Of a stretch of 64,000 bases of DNA, positions 48,210-58,644 are shown piece by piece. How positions within the stretch are numbered: the stretch's first letter is position 1; every line of letters begins with the position of its first letter. Both the position numbers and the translations under genes were made by a program. Origin of the DNA: Truepera sp. (GTDB lineage: Bacteria > Deinococcota > Deinococci > Deinococcales > Trueperaceae); contig CBDCKW010000009.1 of NCBI GenBank assembly GCA_965218435.1, positions 3,040,001 through 3,104,000 of the forward strand, in the 5' to 3' direction. The notes under the pieces were generated by a model. The model did no database searches. It was given only the letters and a program-made list of their open reading frames with translations, and was not told the origin of the DNA.

Positions 48210-49103
48210 ATGACCGAACTGACCCAACCCGCCGCTCGAGCTGGTACCTTCACCCTCGGATACCGCACCGTAAACCGCCTGGGCTACGGGGCCATGCAAC
48301 TCGCCGGCAAAGGCGTCTTCGGCCCGCCGCGCGACCCAGACGCCGCCCTAGCCGTCTTGCGGGAGGCTACCAAGCTGGGCATCAACCACATTGACACCAG
48401 CGACTTCTACGGGCCGCACGTCACCAACCAGACGATCCAGCAGGCCCTGCATCCTTACCCGGATGAACTGGTGCTTGTGACCAAGGTCGGCGCACGCCGT
48501 CCCGAGGACGGGTCGTGGGTCCCGGCCATGTCACCGCAGGAGCTGACCGCAGCGGTGCATGACAACCTGCGAAATCTCGGCGTGGACGCGCTCGAGGTCG
48601 TCAACCTCCGTATGATGGGTGGCGGGGCAGGTCATGGGCCGGTGGAAGGGTCTCTCGCAGAACCGCTGACGGTCCTGGCCGAACTGAAAGCGCAGGGCCT
48701 GATCCGTCACCTCGGCCTGAGCAACGTCACATCCGCACAACTGGCCGAGGCGCAGACCATTAGCGAGATCGTCTGCGTGCAGAACCTGTACAACTTGGCG
48801 CACCGGGAAGACGACGCCTTGATTGATGACTTGGCGCGGCAGGGCGTCGCCTACGTGCCGTTTTTTCCGCTCGGCGGGTTCTCGCCGCTGCAGTCGGATA
48901 CGCTGAACGCGGTGGCCGCCGGTCTGGGCACCTCACCGAATACCGTCGCACTGGCGTGGCTGCTGCAACGCTCGCCCAACATCCTGCTGATTCCCGGCAC
49001 CTCGTCGGTAGCGCATCTGCGCGAGAACGTTGCCGCTGCTGCCCTCACTCTACCCGAGGAAACCTTGGCGCAGCTTGACGAGATTGGTACTCAATCAGGC
49101 TGA
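48210..49103 (+). CDS. Aldo/keto reductase
   Basis: RLGYGAM, IDTSDFYG, VTKVG, GLSNV, VQN.YNL, ALAWLL, IPGTSS..HL.EN. Confidence 0.95.
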   Translation: MTELTQPAARAGTFTLGYRTVNRLGYGAMQLAGKGVFGPPRDPDAALAVLREATKLGINHIDTSDFYGPHVTNQTIQQALHPYPDELVLVTKVGARRPEDGSWVPAMSPQELTAAVHDNLRNLGVDALEVVNLRMMGGGAGHGPVEGSLAEPLTVLAELKAQGLIRHLGLSNVTSAQLAEAQTISEIVCVQNLYNLAHREDDALIDDLARQGVAYVPFFPLGGFSPLQSDTLNAVAAGLGTSPNTVALAWLLQRSPNILLIPGTSSVAHLRENVAAAALTLPEETLAQLDEIGTQSG

Positions 49104-49184
49104 CGGCATGGACTGCGGTTGGTTCGCCTCCCTATTCCGTTTTTCTTGAGCTGTGCCGAAGCCAGTGGACGCTAGGGAGAAGAA

Positions 49185-49430
49185 GTGAAAGCAGTCCAAT
49201 TTGATGAATACGGCGATGAGAACGTCTTGCAAGGGCGTGATGTGCCTGACCCATGGGTAACGCTGGGTCAGGTGCCGGTGTGGGTCAGGGCGGCGGGCAT
49301 CCATCCGGGCAAAGCCGCCATCCGCAGCAGTCAGCTCCACCACATCTTCCCGGCCACCTTTCCGTCGGGTGAGGGCAGCGATTTCGCCGGGGAAGCGGTG
49401 GCGCTCGGTGAGGGGGTCAGCAACGTTAAC
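49185..49430 (+). pseudogene. Truncated NADPH:quinone reductase (MDR) N-terminal fragment
   Basis: MKAVQFDEYG..NVL, V.AAGI.P, FP...GSDFAG.....GEGV, then similarity stops after about 80 aa. Confidence 0.72.
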
Positions 49431-49549
49431 GATACCCGGAAAGTTTCTGATTCTTCGCACCACCTTACCTCGCCGACGACTTGCCGCAACCGATTACGAC
49501 ATATCCTTGCATTTCCGTGAAACAGGCCGCGACGCTGCTTAGCGTGGTG

Positions 49550-50371
49550 TCACATCAGCTTGTCCTGCACCGCTTGATAGACGGTCCTTACGGTCGGCTG
49601 GAAACTGAGGCTGCGAGCAAGCGTGTTGTCGATGTGCAGGTGCCAGGGGTTCGCCAGCGGCTCGGACGACGGCTCCATCGTCTCCCCGACCAGCTCGAAT
49701 GGTTCGTAATATGAAGTCGGCGCGTCATCGGAGACGTTGACGACATGGCCGTCTAGCGCGCCGGTCAACGCAAGATTCACGGCAGTTGCGATGTCGCGAT
49801 GGTGGACCATGCTCATGCGCGCGGCAGGGTGAAACTTGGCCTGTCCCGAGGCGACGTATTTGGGCAGCGACTCCACATGCCCATCCCCATCGCCATAGAC
49901 GAAACCGAACCGCAGGATCGACCAGTTCAGCCCGCTTGTCCGCAGCTCCTTCTCGGCCGCGAGCTTGCTGGCCGGATAAGCTTGCTGCGGATCGGCGGCG
50001 TCATCTTCGCGGCCGGGTCGCGGCGTGTCCTGGTTATAGATATTGCTGGTACTCGCCATGATGAAGCGCGCCTCGGGCACATGCGCCTTCGCCGCGGCGA
50101 TGAGATTACGCGTCCCATCGAGATTGCTTTTCCAGATGAGATCGGTGTCGGGCGTGCGGAACACCGCAGCGAGATGGACGATCGCGGAGACGCCTTCCAC
50201 CGCGCGTGCGAGCGACGCAGGATTTTGCAGGTCGCCCTCCACGGCCGTTACGCCGGCAGGAACCTCTTTCCCGCCACGCACGAGCGCGCGGCAATCCTCG
50301 CCTGCCGCCACGAGACGCGGCAGAAGACGCGCGCCCACCAGACCAGTCGTACCAGTTACCAGAATCGTCAT
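49550..50371 (-). CDS. NAD-dependent epimerase/dehydratase (extended SDR)
   Basis: ILVTGTTGLVG, VHLAA, N..GT.NL, YPASK, LRF..VYG. Confidence 0.92.
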   Translation of the reverse strand: MTILVTGTTGLVGARLLPRLVAAGEDCRALVRGGKEVPAGVTAVEGDLQNPASLARAVEGVSAIVHLAAVFRTPDTDLIWKSNLDGTRNLIAAAKAHVPEARFIMASTSNIYNQDTPRPGREDDAADPQQAYPASKLAAEKELRTSGLNWSILRFGFVYGDGDGHVESLPKYVASGQAKFHPAARMSMVHHRDIATAVNLALTGALDGHVVNVSDDAPTSYYEPFELVGETMEPSSEPLANPWHLHIDNTLARSLSFQPTVRTVYQAVQDKLM

Positions 50372-50829
50372 GTGTTGCCTCCTTTTCTTGAAAAACTATC
50401 GAGCCGCTCGGTAGCGGTCTGGAGCACCTTAACGGCGATAGCGATATCGGCGTCGTCAATGCCGTCGAATGCCGCTCTATGAATGAGAGCCAAGTCGGGC
50501 AATTCGCCCCATAACTTCGTACCCACCGGCGTCATTTGAAGGCGTTTCTGCCGTTGGTCGGCACGGTCGGGCACTTGCTCGGCAAGGCCCTTGCGAACCA
50601 GCGTACTAACGACGACGCTCAACGTCGCGCGTTCGACCTGGAGCATACGGAGGAGGTCGCGTTGCATAGTTGGCCCCTCTTCGGCCAATTGGTACAGCAC
50701 ATACCACTGAGTGGCCCCAAGGCCATACGGCCGAAGGACGTCCTCCATCGCGGTCCGGCCAGCGAAATAGCATCGCTTTGCCCATGCCCCCACCGACTCA
50801 TATTTGGAATCGTTCGATTTGCTAGGCAC
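50368..50829 (-). CDS. MarR-family regulator
   Basis: L.PYGL..TQW.VL..L, Q.DL...L.VE..TLS.....L..KGL, D.RQK.L..T..G; TATAAT-N6-GTG start. Confidence 0.92.
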   Translation of the reverse strand: MPSKSNDSKYESVGAWAKRCYFAGRTAMEDVLRPYGLGATQWYVLYQLAEEGPTMQRDLLRMLQVERATLSVVVSTLVRKGLAEQVPDRADQRQKRLQMTPVGTKLWGELPDLALIHRAAFDGIDDADIAIAVKVLQTATERLDSFSRKGGNT

Positions 50830-50846
50830 CTAACAATTATATTAGG
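50829..50846. promoter_or_regulatory. Putative MarR operator overlapping the -10 element
   Basis: CCTAA-CAATTATA-TTAGG palindrome. Confidence 0.5.
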
Positions 50847-50969
50847 CTCCAAACAAAATGTCAAACCGGGTGTGATACTCACTAGGCGACAACATTGACC
50901 AAGACCCGGAGCTGTCCAACGAAGGCCGCCGCTAGGATGAACGTCTGGCGCAGGTTATAAAGCAAGTGC

Positions 50970-51160
50970 CAGCGGTCGGCAACCTGCTCTGAAAGGATCG
51001 TTTCGATCACGTCTTGGCCGCTATATAAAACCTGCGGGTAGGGACTCTCCACCTGTTCGGCCTCGACAAGATCAACCGTTTGGCCGTTTAACAGCGTATT
51101 GACCTGCTTGATGCGGTAAGACTTTTCCGCTAAGGCGTCGCGGATGATGTTGGGCCGAGC
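50970..51160 (-). pseudogene. Probable internal fragment of an FAD-dependent monooxygenase
   Basis: IRDALAEKSY..KQVN.LLNG....L.....VESPYPQVLYSGQDVIETILSEQV resembles the 'SPYP....Q...E.IL' segment of PheA/TfdB-type enzymes; no GxGxxG or DG motifs nearby. Confidence 0.4.
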
Positions 51161-51355
51161 CAACAAAACTGATTGTCTGAAGTATGGTGTTACCAAAATA
51201 GCTGTAGAGCTGACGCAGCCAAGCAAAAAAGCTAACGGGAGAAAGTTCGCTACACTTAGGACTCGAGCCCAAAAACACTTCGTTCCCAAAGTACCGTTTG
51301 CCATCTGGACGTCAAAGATAAGCGGCCCGGAGGCCGCCTTAGCACCAAACAAACC

Positions 51356-51643
51356 TTAGATTTTGTCTTTAAGAGCTTTACCGGGTTTGAACGCCGGATA
51401 TTTGCTCGCGGGGATCTCGATTTTTTCGGTGGTACCCGGTTTGACGCCGGTACGGGCTTTGCGCTCACGCACCTCAAAGGTACCAAACCCGGTGAGCTGC
51501 ACCTTGTCGCCACCGTTGAGGTGTTTCGTAACGTTATCGATCATCGCATCGATCACTGTTTTGACGTCTTTTTTCTTCATCTGCGTTTCGTCCGAAACTA
51601 AGTCAACGAGATCAGCTTTGGAAACCGTCTTCGCTTTCGCCAC
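51356..51643 (-). CDS. hup: Histone-like DNA-binding protein HU
   Basis: SKADLVD, GDKVQLTGFGTFEVRERKARTG.KP.T...I.IPA...PAFKPGKALKD; AAGGAGG SD; tandem GTG starts at 51646 and 51643. Confidence 0.97.
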   Translation of the reverse strand: MAKAKTVSKADLVDLVSDETQMKKKDVKTVIDAMIDNVTKHLNGGDKVQLTGFGTFEVRERKARTGVKPGTTEKIEIPASKYPAFKPGKALKDKI

Positions 51644-51671
51644 CACTTACCTCCTTTTGAACTTCGGGGGT

Positions 51672-51700
51672 ACTTTAGCATGACACTGGGCAGATAGCAA
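51672..51700 (-). promoter_or_regulatory. Sigma-A-like promoter of hup
   Basis: TTGCTA-N17-TAAAGT with extended -10 TG. Confidence 0.6.
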
Positions 51701-51709
51701 GTCCTGGGC

Positions 51710-51729
51710 GGAATAACTCGAGTTATTCC
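51710..51729. repeat. Perfect 20-bp palindrome GGAATAACTCGAGTTATTCC
   Basis: Self-reverse-complementary; lies between the plsC stop and the hup -35 element. Confidence 0.85.
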
Positions 51730-51773
51730 AGCCAGAACACCAAAAAAGTCGTCGAGGTTATTTTAGAGATGCG

Positions 51774-52367
51774 TTACGCATTTCTAGTAGTAGCAGGTAA
51801 AAGTGCCTGAATTTGGGTCATCAGAGTTTGGGTCAGGGTGCGCATCTCGGCTTTTGATTTATCTTTTGGGTAAAACGGCTCGCCGAAGCGTACCCGGAGC
51901 CTTCCCCCCTCTTGCCAGATCGCCACGGGTTGCAGCGGCACCCCGGCGCGTTGGGCTAAAAACGCTGCCCCGTCTAGTGCCGCCGCGTCCCCGGCGTTGC
52001 GTGTCCCTTGGGGAAAGATACCGACGGCCAGACCGCTTTTAAGAAACCGCAAGGCTTCTTTGATCCCTTTGGTATCGCCTTTACTCCGGTCAATGGGAAA
52101 CGCCATCAGGTGTTCGCAAATCCACCTAAGCGGCTGCGTCTCGAAGAGTTCGCGTTTGGCCATAAAGTGAATTTCACGGGGAACGAGTGACCCGATTAGC
52201 GGGGGATCAAAGTTCGAAGCGTGGTTGCTCGCTACGATCAGGCCGCGCGTTTCTGAGGTGGGAACGAGTTCTAAGCCTTCGACCTTGAGCCGCCGAAAGA
52301 GCCGCGCGTAGTTTCTAACTAAATACGAAGCCAGATAGTAAAACCAGAGCCGCCGAAAGTCTTTCAT
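51774..52367 (-). CDS. plsC: 1-acyl-sn-glycerol-3-phosphate acyltransferase family protein
   Basis: NHASNFD, FMAKRELF, FPIDR, IFPQGTR. Confidence 0.92.
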   Translation of the reverse strand: MKDFRRLWFYYLASYLVRNYARLFRRLKVEGLELVPTSETRGLIVASNHASNFDPPLIGSLVPREIHFMAKRELFETQPLRWICEHLMAFPIDRSKGDTKGIKEALRFLKSGLAVGIFPQGTRNAGDAAALDGAAFLAQRAGVPLQPVAIWQEGGRLRVRFGEPFYPKDKSKAEMRTLTQTLMTQIQALLPATTRNA

Positions 52368-52371
52368 CTTG

Positions 52372-52899
52372 CTACACGCGGGGTTGGCGTTTACGAGGCG
52401 CTGAGCTGCGCGTCAAGGTAAGTGCTGCCAAAGTCCCGACAAAAGCTGCGAGTGTATGAAGACCCAACCACACCGGGACCGACGGGCTCCACGGCAGTGA
52501 CACGGCAAATAGAGAACGCTGCGACAGCCCCCAGACGATCAGCTGCGGGAGGACGTAAAGGAGCGGCGAGACGAATAGGGCACCTTTACGCCACGCGTAA
52601 TCGAGTCCTAAAAAGGCCAGCAGCCCCGACGTGAGCACCAGCGGTAACATGATCAGCCAGTCCTCGCCCCCGGTCAAGAGGCCCGCGACCGGCGCGAGCA
52701 GCGCCGCAGCAAAGGCAAATGGCAAGCCCGCATAGGCAAAGGCGGCGTAGCTGCACAAGACGATCCCCAAGCTGCGTACCAGCAGCGGGAGCGGCGCAAC
52801 CGCGACCACGACTGCCAGCAAGAAAAAGAACGCGCCGAGGATCAAAAAAGACGCCGTGCTCCGTGACGTGCGTGATTGACTGCGTGAGGTTCGGGTCAT
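52372..52899 (-). CDS. Hypothetical integral membrane protein
   Basis: About 5-6 hydrophobic segments; start overlaps the uvrA stop (ATGA). Confidence 0.8.
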   Translation of the reverse strand: MTRTSRSQSRTSRSTASFLILGAFFFLLAVVVAVAPLPLLVRSLGIVLCSYAAFAYAGLPFAFAAALLAPVAGLLTGGEDWLIMLPLVLTSGLLAFLGLDYAWRKGALFVSPLLYVLPQLIVWGLSQRSLFAVSLPWSPSVPVWLGLHTLAAFVGTLAALTLTRSSAPRKRQPRV

Positions 52900-55760
52900 G
52901 CCGGGGCCAGTTCGGGTAGACGTTCTCTAATTTCAGGGATGAGCCGCAGATACTCGCCGGTTGACGAGGTAGGGTGCGCCGCGACGGTTTCGGGTGTCCC
53001 TTCAGCGACGACGGTGCCGCCCCTCGAGCCCCCGTCCGGGCCTAAGTCAATAAGCCAGTCCGCCGTTTTAATCACGTCCATATTGTGCTCGATGACGATC
53101 AGGGTGTTGCCCCCTTCGACGAGCCGCTGCAATACGCCTAACAGCCTATGCACGTCGGCAAAGTGGAGGCCGGTAGTGGGTTCGTCCAAAATGTAGAGCG
53201 TTTTACCGGTGCTGCGTTTGCCGAGTTCCGAGGCGAGTTTAACGCGCTGCGCCTCACCGCCCGAGAGCGTCGGCGAAGGTTGTCCGATTTTGATATAACC
53301 CAAGCCTACATCTTGCATCAGCTGCAGTTTACGCGCGATGTTCGGAATATTCTCAAAAAAGCCGACCCCTTCGTCTACGGTCATCGCTAAAACCTCAGCG
53401 ATAGACTTGCCGCGAATTTTGACCTCCAAGGTTTCGCGGTTGTACCGCGCACCCTTACAGACCTCGCATGGCACGTAGATGTCAGGCAAAAAGTACATCT
53501 CGACTTTGACGGTGCCGTCGCCCTTACACGCTTCGCAGCGCCCGCCTTTAACGTTAAACGAAAAGCGTCCGGCTTTGTAGCCGCGTTTACGCGCTTCGGG
53601 CGCACGGGTATAGAGGTCACGAATTTCGGTGAAGATGCCCGTATACGTCGCCGGGTTGCTCCTTGGGGTGCGTCCGATAGGGCCTTGGTCAATCTCGATG
53701 ACCTTATCAATGTTCTCGGTACCCTGAATCGCTTTGTGTGCGCCCGGCACCTCTTTGGCGCGGTAAAGTTCTTTGGCTAAAGACGCGTGCAAGATGCGGT
53801 GAACCAACGTTGATTTGCCCGACCCCGACGCCCCGGTGATACAGGTGAGCGTCCCCAGCGGAAGCTCGACGCTGACATTTTGCAAGTTGTGTTCGGTGGC
53901 ACCTAAAATCTTGATCTTTTTGCCGCTGCCGCCGCGCCGCTTTTTAGGGACCGCGATCTTTTTTTCACCGCGCAAATAGGCCGCAGTAATTGAATTGGGA
54001 TCACTCATCACGGCGTCGGGTGTGCCTTCGGCGATGATTTCACCGCCGTGAATCCCGGCTCCCGGCCCCAGGTCAACGAGGTAGTCGGCGGCCCGCATCG
54101 TCTCTTCATCGTGTTCAACGACGATCAGGGTATTACCGAGGTCGCGTAGGCGCAAAAGCGTCAGCAGGAGCCGCGCGTTGTCGCGGGGGTGCAGGCCGAT
54201 CGACGGTTCATCCAAGACGTATAGCACGCCGGTCAACCCGCTCCCGACCTGGGTGGCCAACCGGATACGCTGCGCTTCACCGCCCGAAAGCGTGTTCGCA
54301 CTCCGGTCGAGCGTTAGGTAGTCGAGCCCGACGTTTTCCAAAAAGCCCAGCCGCGCCCCGACCTCACGCATAATCGGTGCGGCAATCGCGCCGCCCGGTT
54401 CGGGCAAACTCAGCGCGGCAAAGAACGCTTCGGCTTCCAAAACCGTCATGCCGGAGAGCTCGGCGATATTGCGCCCCTCGACCGTAACGGACAAGATTTC
54501 GGGTTTGTAGCGGGTGCCGTGGCACTTCGGGCAAGGGACTAAAGACATATACGCCTCGAGCTTTTCCCGCGCGTAATCGGTCGTTGCCTCACGCAACCGC
54601 CGCTCGAGGTTGGGCACGATGCCTTCAAATTCGACGTTAAAGCGCATCGTCTCGCGGTCGCCGCGTTTATAGACGACTTCAATCGGGTCTTTGCTGCCGT
54701 ACAGCAGCGTCTTTTGCACCCTGTCGGGTAGCTCGTGCCAAGGGGTACGCAGGTCAAAGTCTAAATGGTCAGCGAGCGCCTTGAGCCGGTCCCAATAAAA
54801 GACCTTCGATTCATCACTCCGCCCCTGACTCCACGGCGCAATCGCGCCCTGACTGATAGACAACTCATCATCTGGAATCAAGAGGCTCGGATCAAATTCG
54901 GAACGTGAACCGAGGCCGGTGCAGTGCGGGCACGCACCGTAGGGCGAGTTAAACGAAAAAGCGCGGGGCTCGAGCTCCTCTAACACCGTCCCGTGTTCAG
55001 GACAGGCAAAACGTTCGCTAAAGAGTTCTTCTTGGTTTTTGTCGGGCAAAAAGACGCGCATCAGTCCTTCGCCTTTTTGGAGGGCCAACTCGACCGATTC
55101 AGCCATCCTCGAGCGGTCCTCGGCGCTCACCTTAAGGCGGTCTACCACGATGTCAATATCGTGCTTCTCATACTTTTCCAAGGTCAGCTTGAGCGCTTCA
55201 TCGAGGGTTTGCACCTCGCCGTCCACCCGGACGCGGGCAAAGCCCTCTTTTTTAAGCCCCTCAAAAAGTTTTTTGTACTCACCTTTACGCCCCCGAACGA
55301 GCGGCGCGATAACGAGCGCCCGCTGGTCAGCAAACTTTTCGATCATCCGGTCAACGATTTCAGTCGCCGACTGCCGCTCGATCACGCGGCCGCAAATCGG
55401 GCAATGCGGCGTTCCGGCGCGGGCGAAGAGCAGTCGCAAATAGTCGTGGATTTCAGTGACGGTTCCAACCGTCGAGCGCGGGTTATGCGAGGTGGTCTTT
55501 TGGTCAATGCTGATGGCGGGTGACAAGCCCTCGATGCTGTCAACGTCGGGTTTATCCATCAGTCCTAAAAATTGCCGCGCGTAAGCCGACAAACTCTCAA
55601 CATAGCGGCGCTGCCCCTCAGCGTAAATCGTATCGAAGGCGAGCGTTGATTTGCCTGAGCCGGACACGCCGGTAAAGACGATAAAGCTGTCTCTGGGGAG
55701 AGTCGTCGAGACGTTTTTGAGGTTGTGTGCTCGAGCGCCGCGGATGACAAGGTTTTGCAA
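52896..55760 (-). CDS. uvrA: Excinuclease ABC subunit A
   Basis: [28 protein letters not shown], zinc fingers, two LSGGEAQR motifs; TTG start at 55760 after AAGGAGG. Confidence 0.98.
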   Translation of the reverse strand: MQNLVIRGARAHNLKNVSTTLPRDSFIVFTGVSGSGKSTLAFDTIYAEGQRRYVESLSAYARQFLGLMDKPDVDSIEGLSPAISIDQKTTSHNPRSTVGTVTEIHDYLRLLFARAGTPHCPICGRVIERQSATEIVDRMIEKFADQRALVIAPLVRGRKGEYKKLFEGLKKEGFARVRVDGEVQTLDEALKLTLEKYEKHDIDIVVDRLKVSAEDRSRMAESVELALQKGEGLMRVFLPDKNQEELFSERFACPEHGTVLEELEPRAFSFNSPYGACPHCTGLGSRSEFDPSLLIPDDELSISQGAIAPWSQGRSDESKVFYWDRLKALADHLDFDLRTPWHELPDRVQKTLLYGSKDPIEVVYKRGDRETMRFNVEFEGIVPNLERRLREATTDYAREKLEAYMSLVPCPKCHGTRYKPEILSVTVEGRNIAELSGMTVLEAEAFFAALSLPEPGGAIAAPIMREVGARLGFLENVGLDYLTLDRSANTLSGGEAQRIRLATQVGSGLTGVLYVLDEPSIGLHPRDNARLLLTLLRLRDLGNTLIVVEHDEETMRAADYLVDLGPGAGIHGGEIIAEGTPDAVMSDPNSITAAYLRGEKKIAVPKKRRGGSGKKIKILGATEHNLQNVSVELPLGTLTCITGASGSGKSTLVHRILHASLAKELYRAKEVPGAHKAIQGTENIDKVIEIDQGPIGRTPRSNPATYTGIFTEIRDLYTRAPEARKRGYKAGRFSFNVKGGRCEACKGDGTVKVEMYFLPDIYVPCEVCKGARYNRETLEVKIRGKSIAEVLAMTVDEGVGFFENIPNIARKLQLMQDVGLGYIKIGQPSPTLSGGEAQRVKLASELGKRSTGKTLYILDEPTTGLHFADVHRLLGVLQRLVEGGNTLIVIEHNMDVIKTADWLIDLGPDGGSRGGTVVAEGTPETVAAHPTSSTGEYLRLIPEIRERLPELAPA

Positions 55761-56058
55761 CGTGCCTCCTTGGGGCAGGGCGCTGGGCCAACCCGCGCCT
55801 CGTAAAACCGAGCTGTGACGGGTCGTGCGCACCTGCTAAACAGTCGAGTATACCAAGCCTGCCCGCGTTAGGCGTAGCCTGCTTGTCAGTGCGTCACGAC
55901 CCCACGTTGACGATCCCACTAACTGAGGCGTGCGCCTGGCTGTTCGGCCTCAGACCATTGCTGTAGCCAGCACGCCACAGGCACACCAGACACGTCACTG
56001 TGAAATTTTGCAACTGCTGCGGCTTGCAAACGTCTCATGCTCTCTTTAGGGAGACGGG

Positions 56059-56319
56059 ATGATGGCCGGACATTTTAGAGTGTGGTGCAGCTTAGGACGC
56101 CACCGCTGGACTCTGCTACCTTCTAGGGCCAGGGCTTGTACGCGGTGCGGCCGAACCGAGATGATGTTTTACGACACTTGGGAGGTTGTCACACCCCGCG
56201 AAGCTTACGGCACGCTAAAAAACCGGACAGCCGGTACCCAACCTCCAGCCGGAGACAACGCACCAAAGGACGCTACATCTACCAACTCCCCCGGCACACG
56301 GCAATCACGACAATATTGA
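56059..56319 (+). CDS. Small hypothetical protein with C-x4-H...CxxC motif
   Basis: WCSLGRHRW.....R.CTRCG; AGGGAG SD upstream. Confidence 0.5.
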   Translation: MMAGHFRVWCSLGRHRWTLLPSRARACTRCGRTEMMFYDTWEVVTPREAYGTLKNRTAGTQPPAGDNAPKDATSTNSPGTRQSRQY

Positions 56320-56786
56320 GAGAAGTAGCTCTTTATGGTGTTTCGCTGAGTACACGACAATTTTTTAGCAACCTTATCCGGAACGTGCTTTGGTGCATAA
56401 GCTAGACAAGAAGATGTTTGTCCGCATGAGCATGACTCGGTAGATCGCCTTAAAGATCGTCCTAAACAGCAATCTAGGGGGACATGAACGCTACTTTTCA
56501 GAGGGCTCAATAGCCCATTCAGACTCGTAAAACTATTTTTTGTCGTGTACTAAGGGTGTTTCGAGTACATTCAGAAACCGTTCTAAACTCCGAGGCTGTT
56601 ATGGCTGCTGAGCGTACGTGTTACACAGCAGTGTTCAAATGTTTCAGCACTTCGGACTCGAGCTTGCCTGTAAGCTTCAACTACACCCAAAAAGATACTG
56701 CCGAAAGTGTAAAAAGCCGGACTGGGACGGATTTCTCAAGCGTTGACCAAACAGCTTGGGGGAATCTCCAAGGTTCACAGCACACC

Positions 56787-57836
56787 TTAGAGACCCTGAA
56801 AAGGGGGCTGATTGGTACGCCACGCCCCTAGCAGCGCCGCTTCACGTTCCCCGGTAAGGCCAGCTTTAAGCGGCGCGTCATCACGGGTTTGGTCCCAGGC
56901 AAAGGTGTCTTTAACAGTTTCAGAGAGTGGCCGAAACGTCAGCCCGTTTTGCAAAGCTCTACGTATGTCAAGGTCGTAAAACCCTTCCCACTCCGGCATC
57001 GCCGCTACCGGATGCCACGGCATCAGCTCTCCCGCCTCTAAACCGTGTGCCAGCAAAAAGTCGCTCCCGACCCAGATGAGTTCGGCGTTCGGACTAAGCA
57101 CGTCGCGGCAAGTCTCGAGTAGCGCCCCGAAACTCAGCGTAGTATCAGGGCCGGTCGCGTTCAACGTACCCGTGAGTTTGTCTTCAGTCGCTTGCAGCAG
57201 CCACGCGGCCAGGTCTCGAGCGTCAATAAATTGCACGTGCTGCTCAGGCTGACCCGGCGCGAGGACTTGAGTCCCGAGTCCCCTACCCGCCAAACCAACC
57301 CGCCTCACCCAGTAGGTCAAACGGTCGGTGTAGTCGTAAGGGCCGACGACCAACCCAGGACGCACAACTAGCGCGTTACGGAAAGCTCCAGTGACGACCT
57401 CTTCGCACTTCGCTTTAAGCGGGCCGTAAAGGTCACCGTCAACCGTGCCCGTGGCGGCGTACGTTGACTCGGCGGCAGCAGCATCTTCATCCGTAATGGT
57501 ACCGACCGGCGCGTCCTCCTCCGTGCCTGGGTGCGCAAAATCTTGGTAAACAGAAATCGTCGAAACGAAAGTGTAGTGTTCAGCCGCATCTCGGAGAAGT
57601 TCAGCGGTGCTTTCGACGGCTCCGGGCGTATAGGCGCTGACGTCAACTACCGCGTCCCACATTCTGCCCTCCAAGGCGCTTACGTCGCCGTAGCGGTCGC
57701 CGACCAACGTCTCTACCGGGAATTCGTTACCACGGCGGTTACGGTTGAATAAGCTGACCTCATGACCTGCTGTGAGCGCCGCTTCGGTTAAGTGTCTGCC
57801 GATAAACTGGGTGCCGCCGAGGATTAAGAGCTTCAT
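56787..57836 (-). CDS. NAD-dependent epimerase/dehydratase (isoflavone-reductase-like)
   Basis: MKLLILGGTQFIG, WDAVVD, STISVY, YGPLK, RPGLVVGP.D, QFIDARDLA. Confidence 0.92.
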   Translation of the reverse strand: MKLLILGGTQFIGRHLTEAALTAGHEVSLFNRNRRGNEFPVETLVGDRYGDVSALEGRMWDAVVDVSAYTPGAVESTAELLRDAAEHYTFVSTISVYQDFAHPGTEEDAPVGTITDEDAAAAESTYAATGTVDGDLYGPLKAKCEEVVTGAFRNALVVRPGLVVGPYDYTDRLTYWVRRVGLAGRGLGTQVLAPGQPEQHVQFIDARDLAAWLLQATEDKLTGTLNATGPDTTLSFGALLETCRDVLSPNAELIWVGSDFLLAHGLEAGELMPWHPVAAMPEWEGFYDLDIRRALQNGLTFRPLSETVKDTFAWDQTRDDAPLKAGLTGEREAALLGAWRTNQPPFQGL

Positions 57837-57991
57837 CTCGTCAGTATGGCACTCACCCAGGCTCAAAACGTACAAGTAGAAAAACCTTTGGCACTGAGGG
57901 TACTGAGGGCACTGGGGGATAGCGTTCCAAAGACTTATTGCCCACCGCTTGTTCTCACGACCTTATAGTGCAACAAGATGTAGGGTAAACC

Positions 57992-58644
57992 GTGCAACGA
58001 GTTGAGCCTTATACCTTGGCGACGCCGCAGACTAGGGCAGCTTTCGGCGCGAGCAGCGCCGTTCTCGCTGAGATTCAGGCTGCGCCCAACTTTGTTGCAG
58101 CGTTCCCGAATGCTCACGCGCGGCAGCGGGCGCTTCCGCACGTCTTCCGGCTGGTTGTGCAAGACGCGGGCGCATTCGGTGAAGTGACGGTGGTGCAGCA
58201 AGGTAACGAGGTTATTGGCGCAGCCGTGTGGTATTGGGGCAGGCCAAGCTGAGCTTCCGGCGGCAACTCCAGGCACTTCCCAGCCTGATAAAAACTTTTG
58301 CTGCTGCGCCTACAGCTTTCGTTCGTTTTGTAAGGCTCGGCAGTGAGTTGGAAAAAAGGCACCCGACTCAGCCTCATATCTACCTTTCAGCACTCGGCGT
58401 AAGTCCGGCTTGGCACGGCCAAGGCGTAGGTTCAGCACTCCTAAAAGGAGGAACAGCTCGAGCGGACGCACAGGGGCTACCTTGCTATCTGGAAACCTTT
58501 AGTGGGGCGAACGTCCGTTTTTACTGCCGACACGGATTTGATGTTTCAGGGCAAGGAGAAGGTCTTATCCCTGACGGACCACCCTTTTGGTTTATGACGC
58601 GGCCCCCAGGCGGTAAGGCTTTAGGCGACGAACTCGAGCTTTAA
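57992..58644 (+). pseudogene. GNAT acetyltransferase split by a frameshift near 58235
   Basis: N-half ends GAAVWY; C-half in another frame carries PH.YLSALGV.P..HGQGVGSALL, CYLET, N..FY..HGF. Confidence 0.75.

Noticed and set aside
22101..50482. Long antisense ORFs in the track (e.g. 22101-22727, 30024-30647, 33721-34344, 41460-42179, 47270-47902, 49799-50482)
   Set aside because: They shadow well-supported genes on the opposite strand, as expected in GC-rich DNA, and carry no motifs.
50882..51352. 156-aa ORF as an intact gene
   Set aside because: No SD or leaderless signal was seen, the N-part spans the region just after hup, and only the middle looks protein-like.
55761..55832. 24-aa N-terminal extension of UvrA in the ORF track
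   Set aside because: A strong AAGGAGG precedes the TTG at 55760, where similarity to UvrA begins.
55761..55900. Deinococcal radiation-desiccation response motif or LexA box upstream of uvrA
   Set aside because: No convincing 17-bp palindrome was seen; only a TATACT -10 candidate at 55847-55852.
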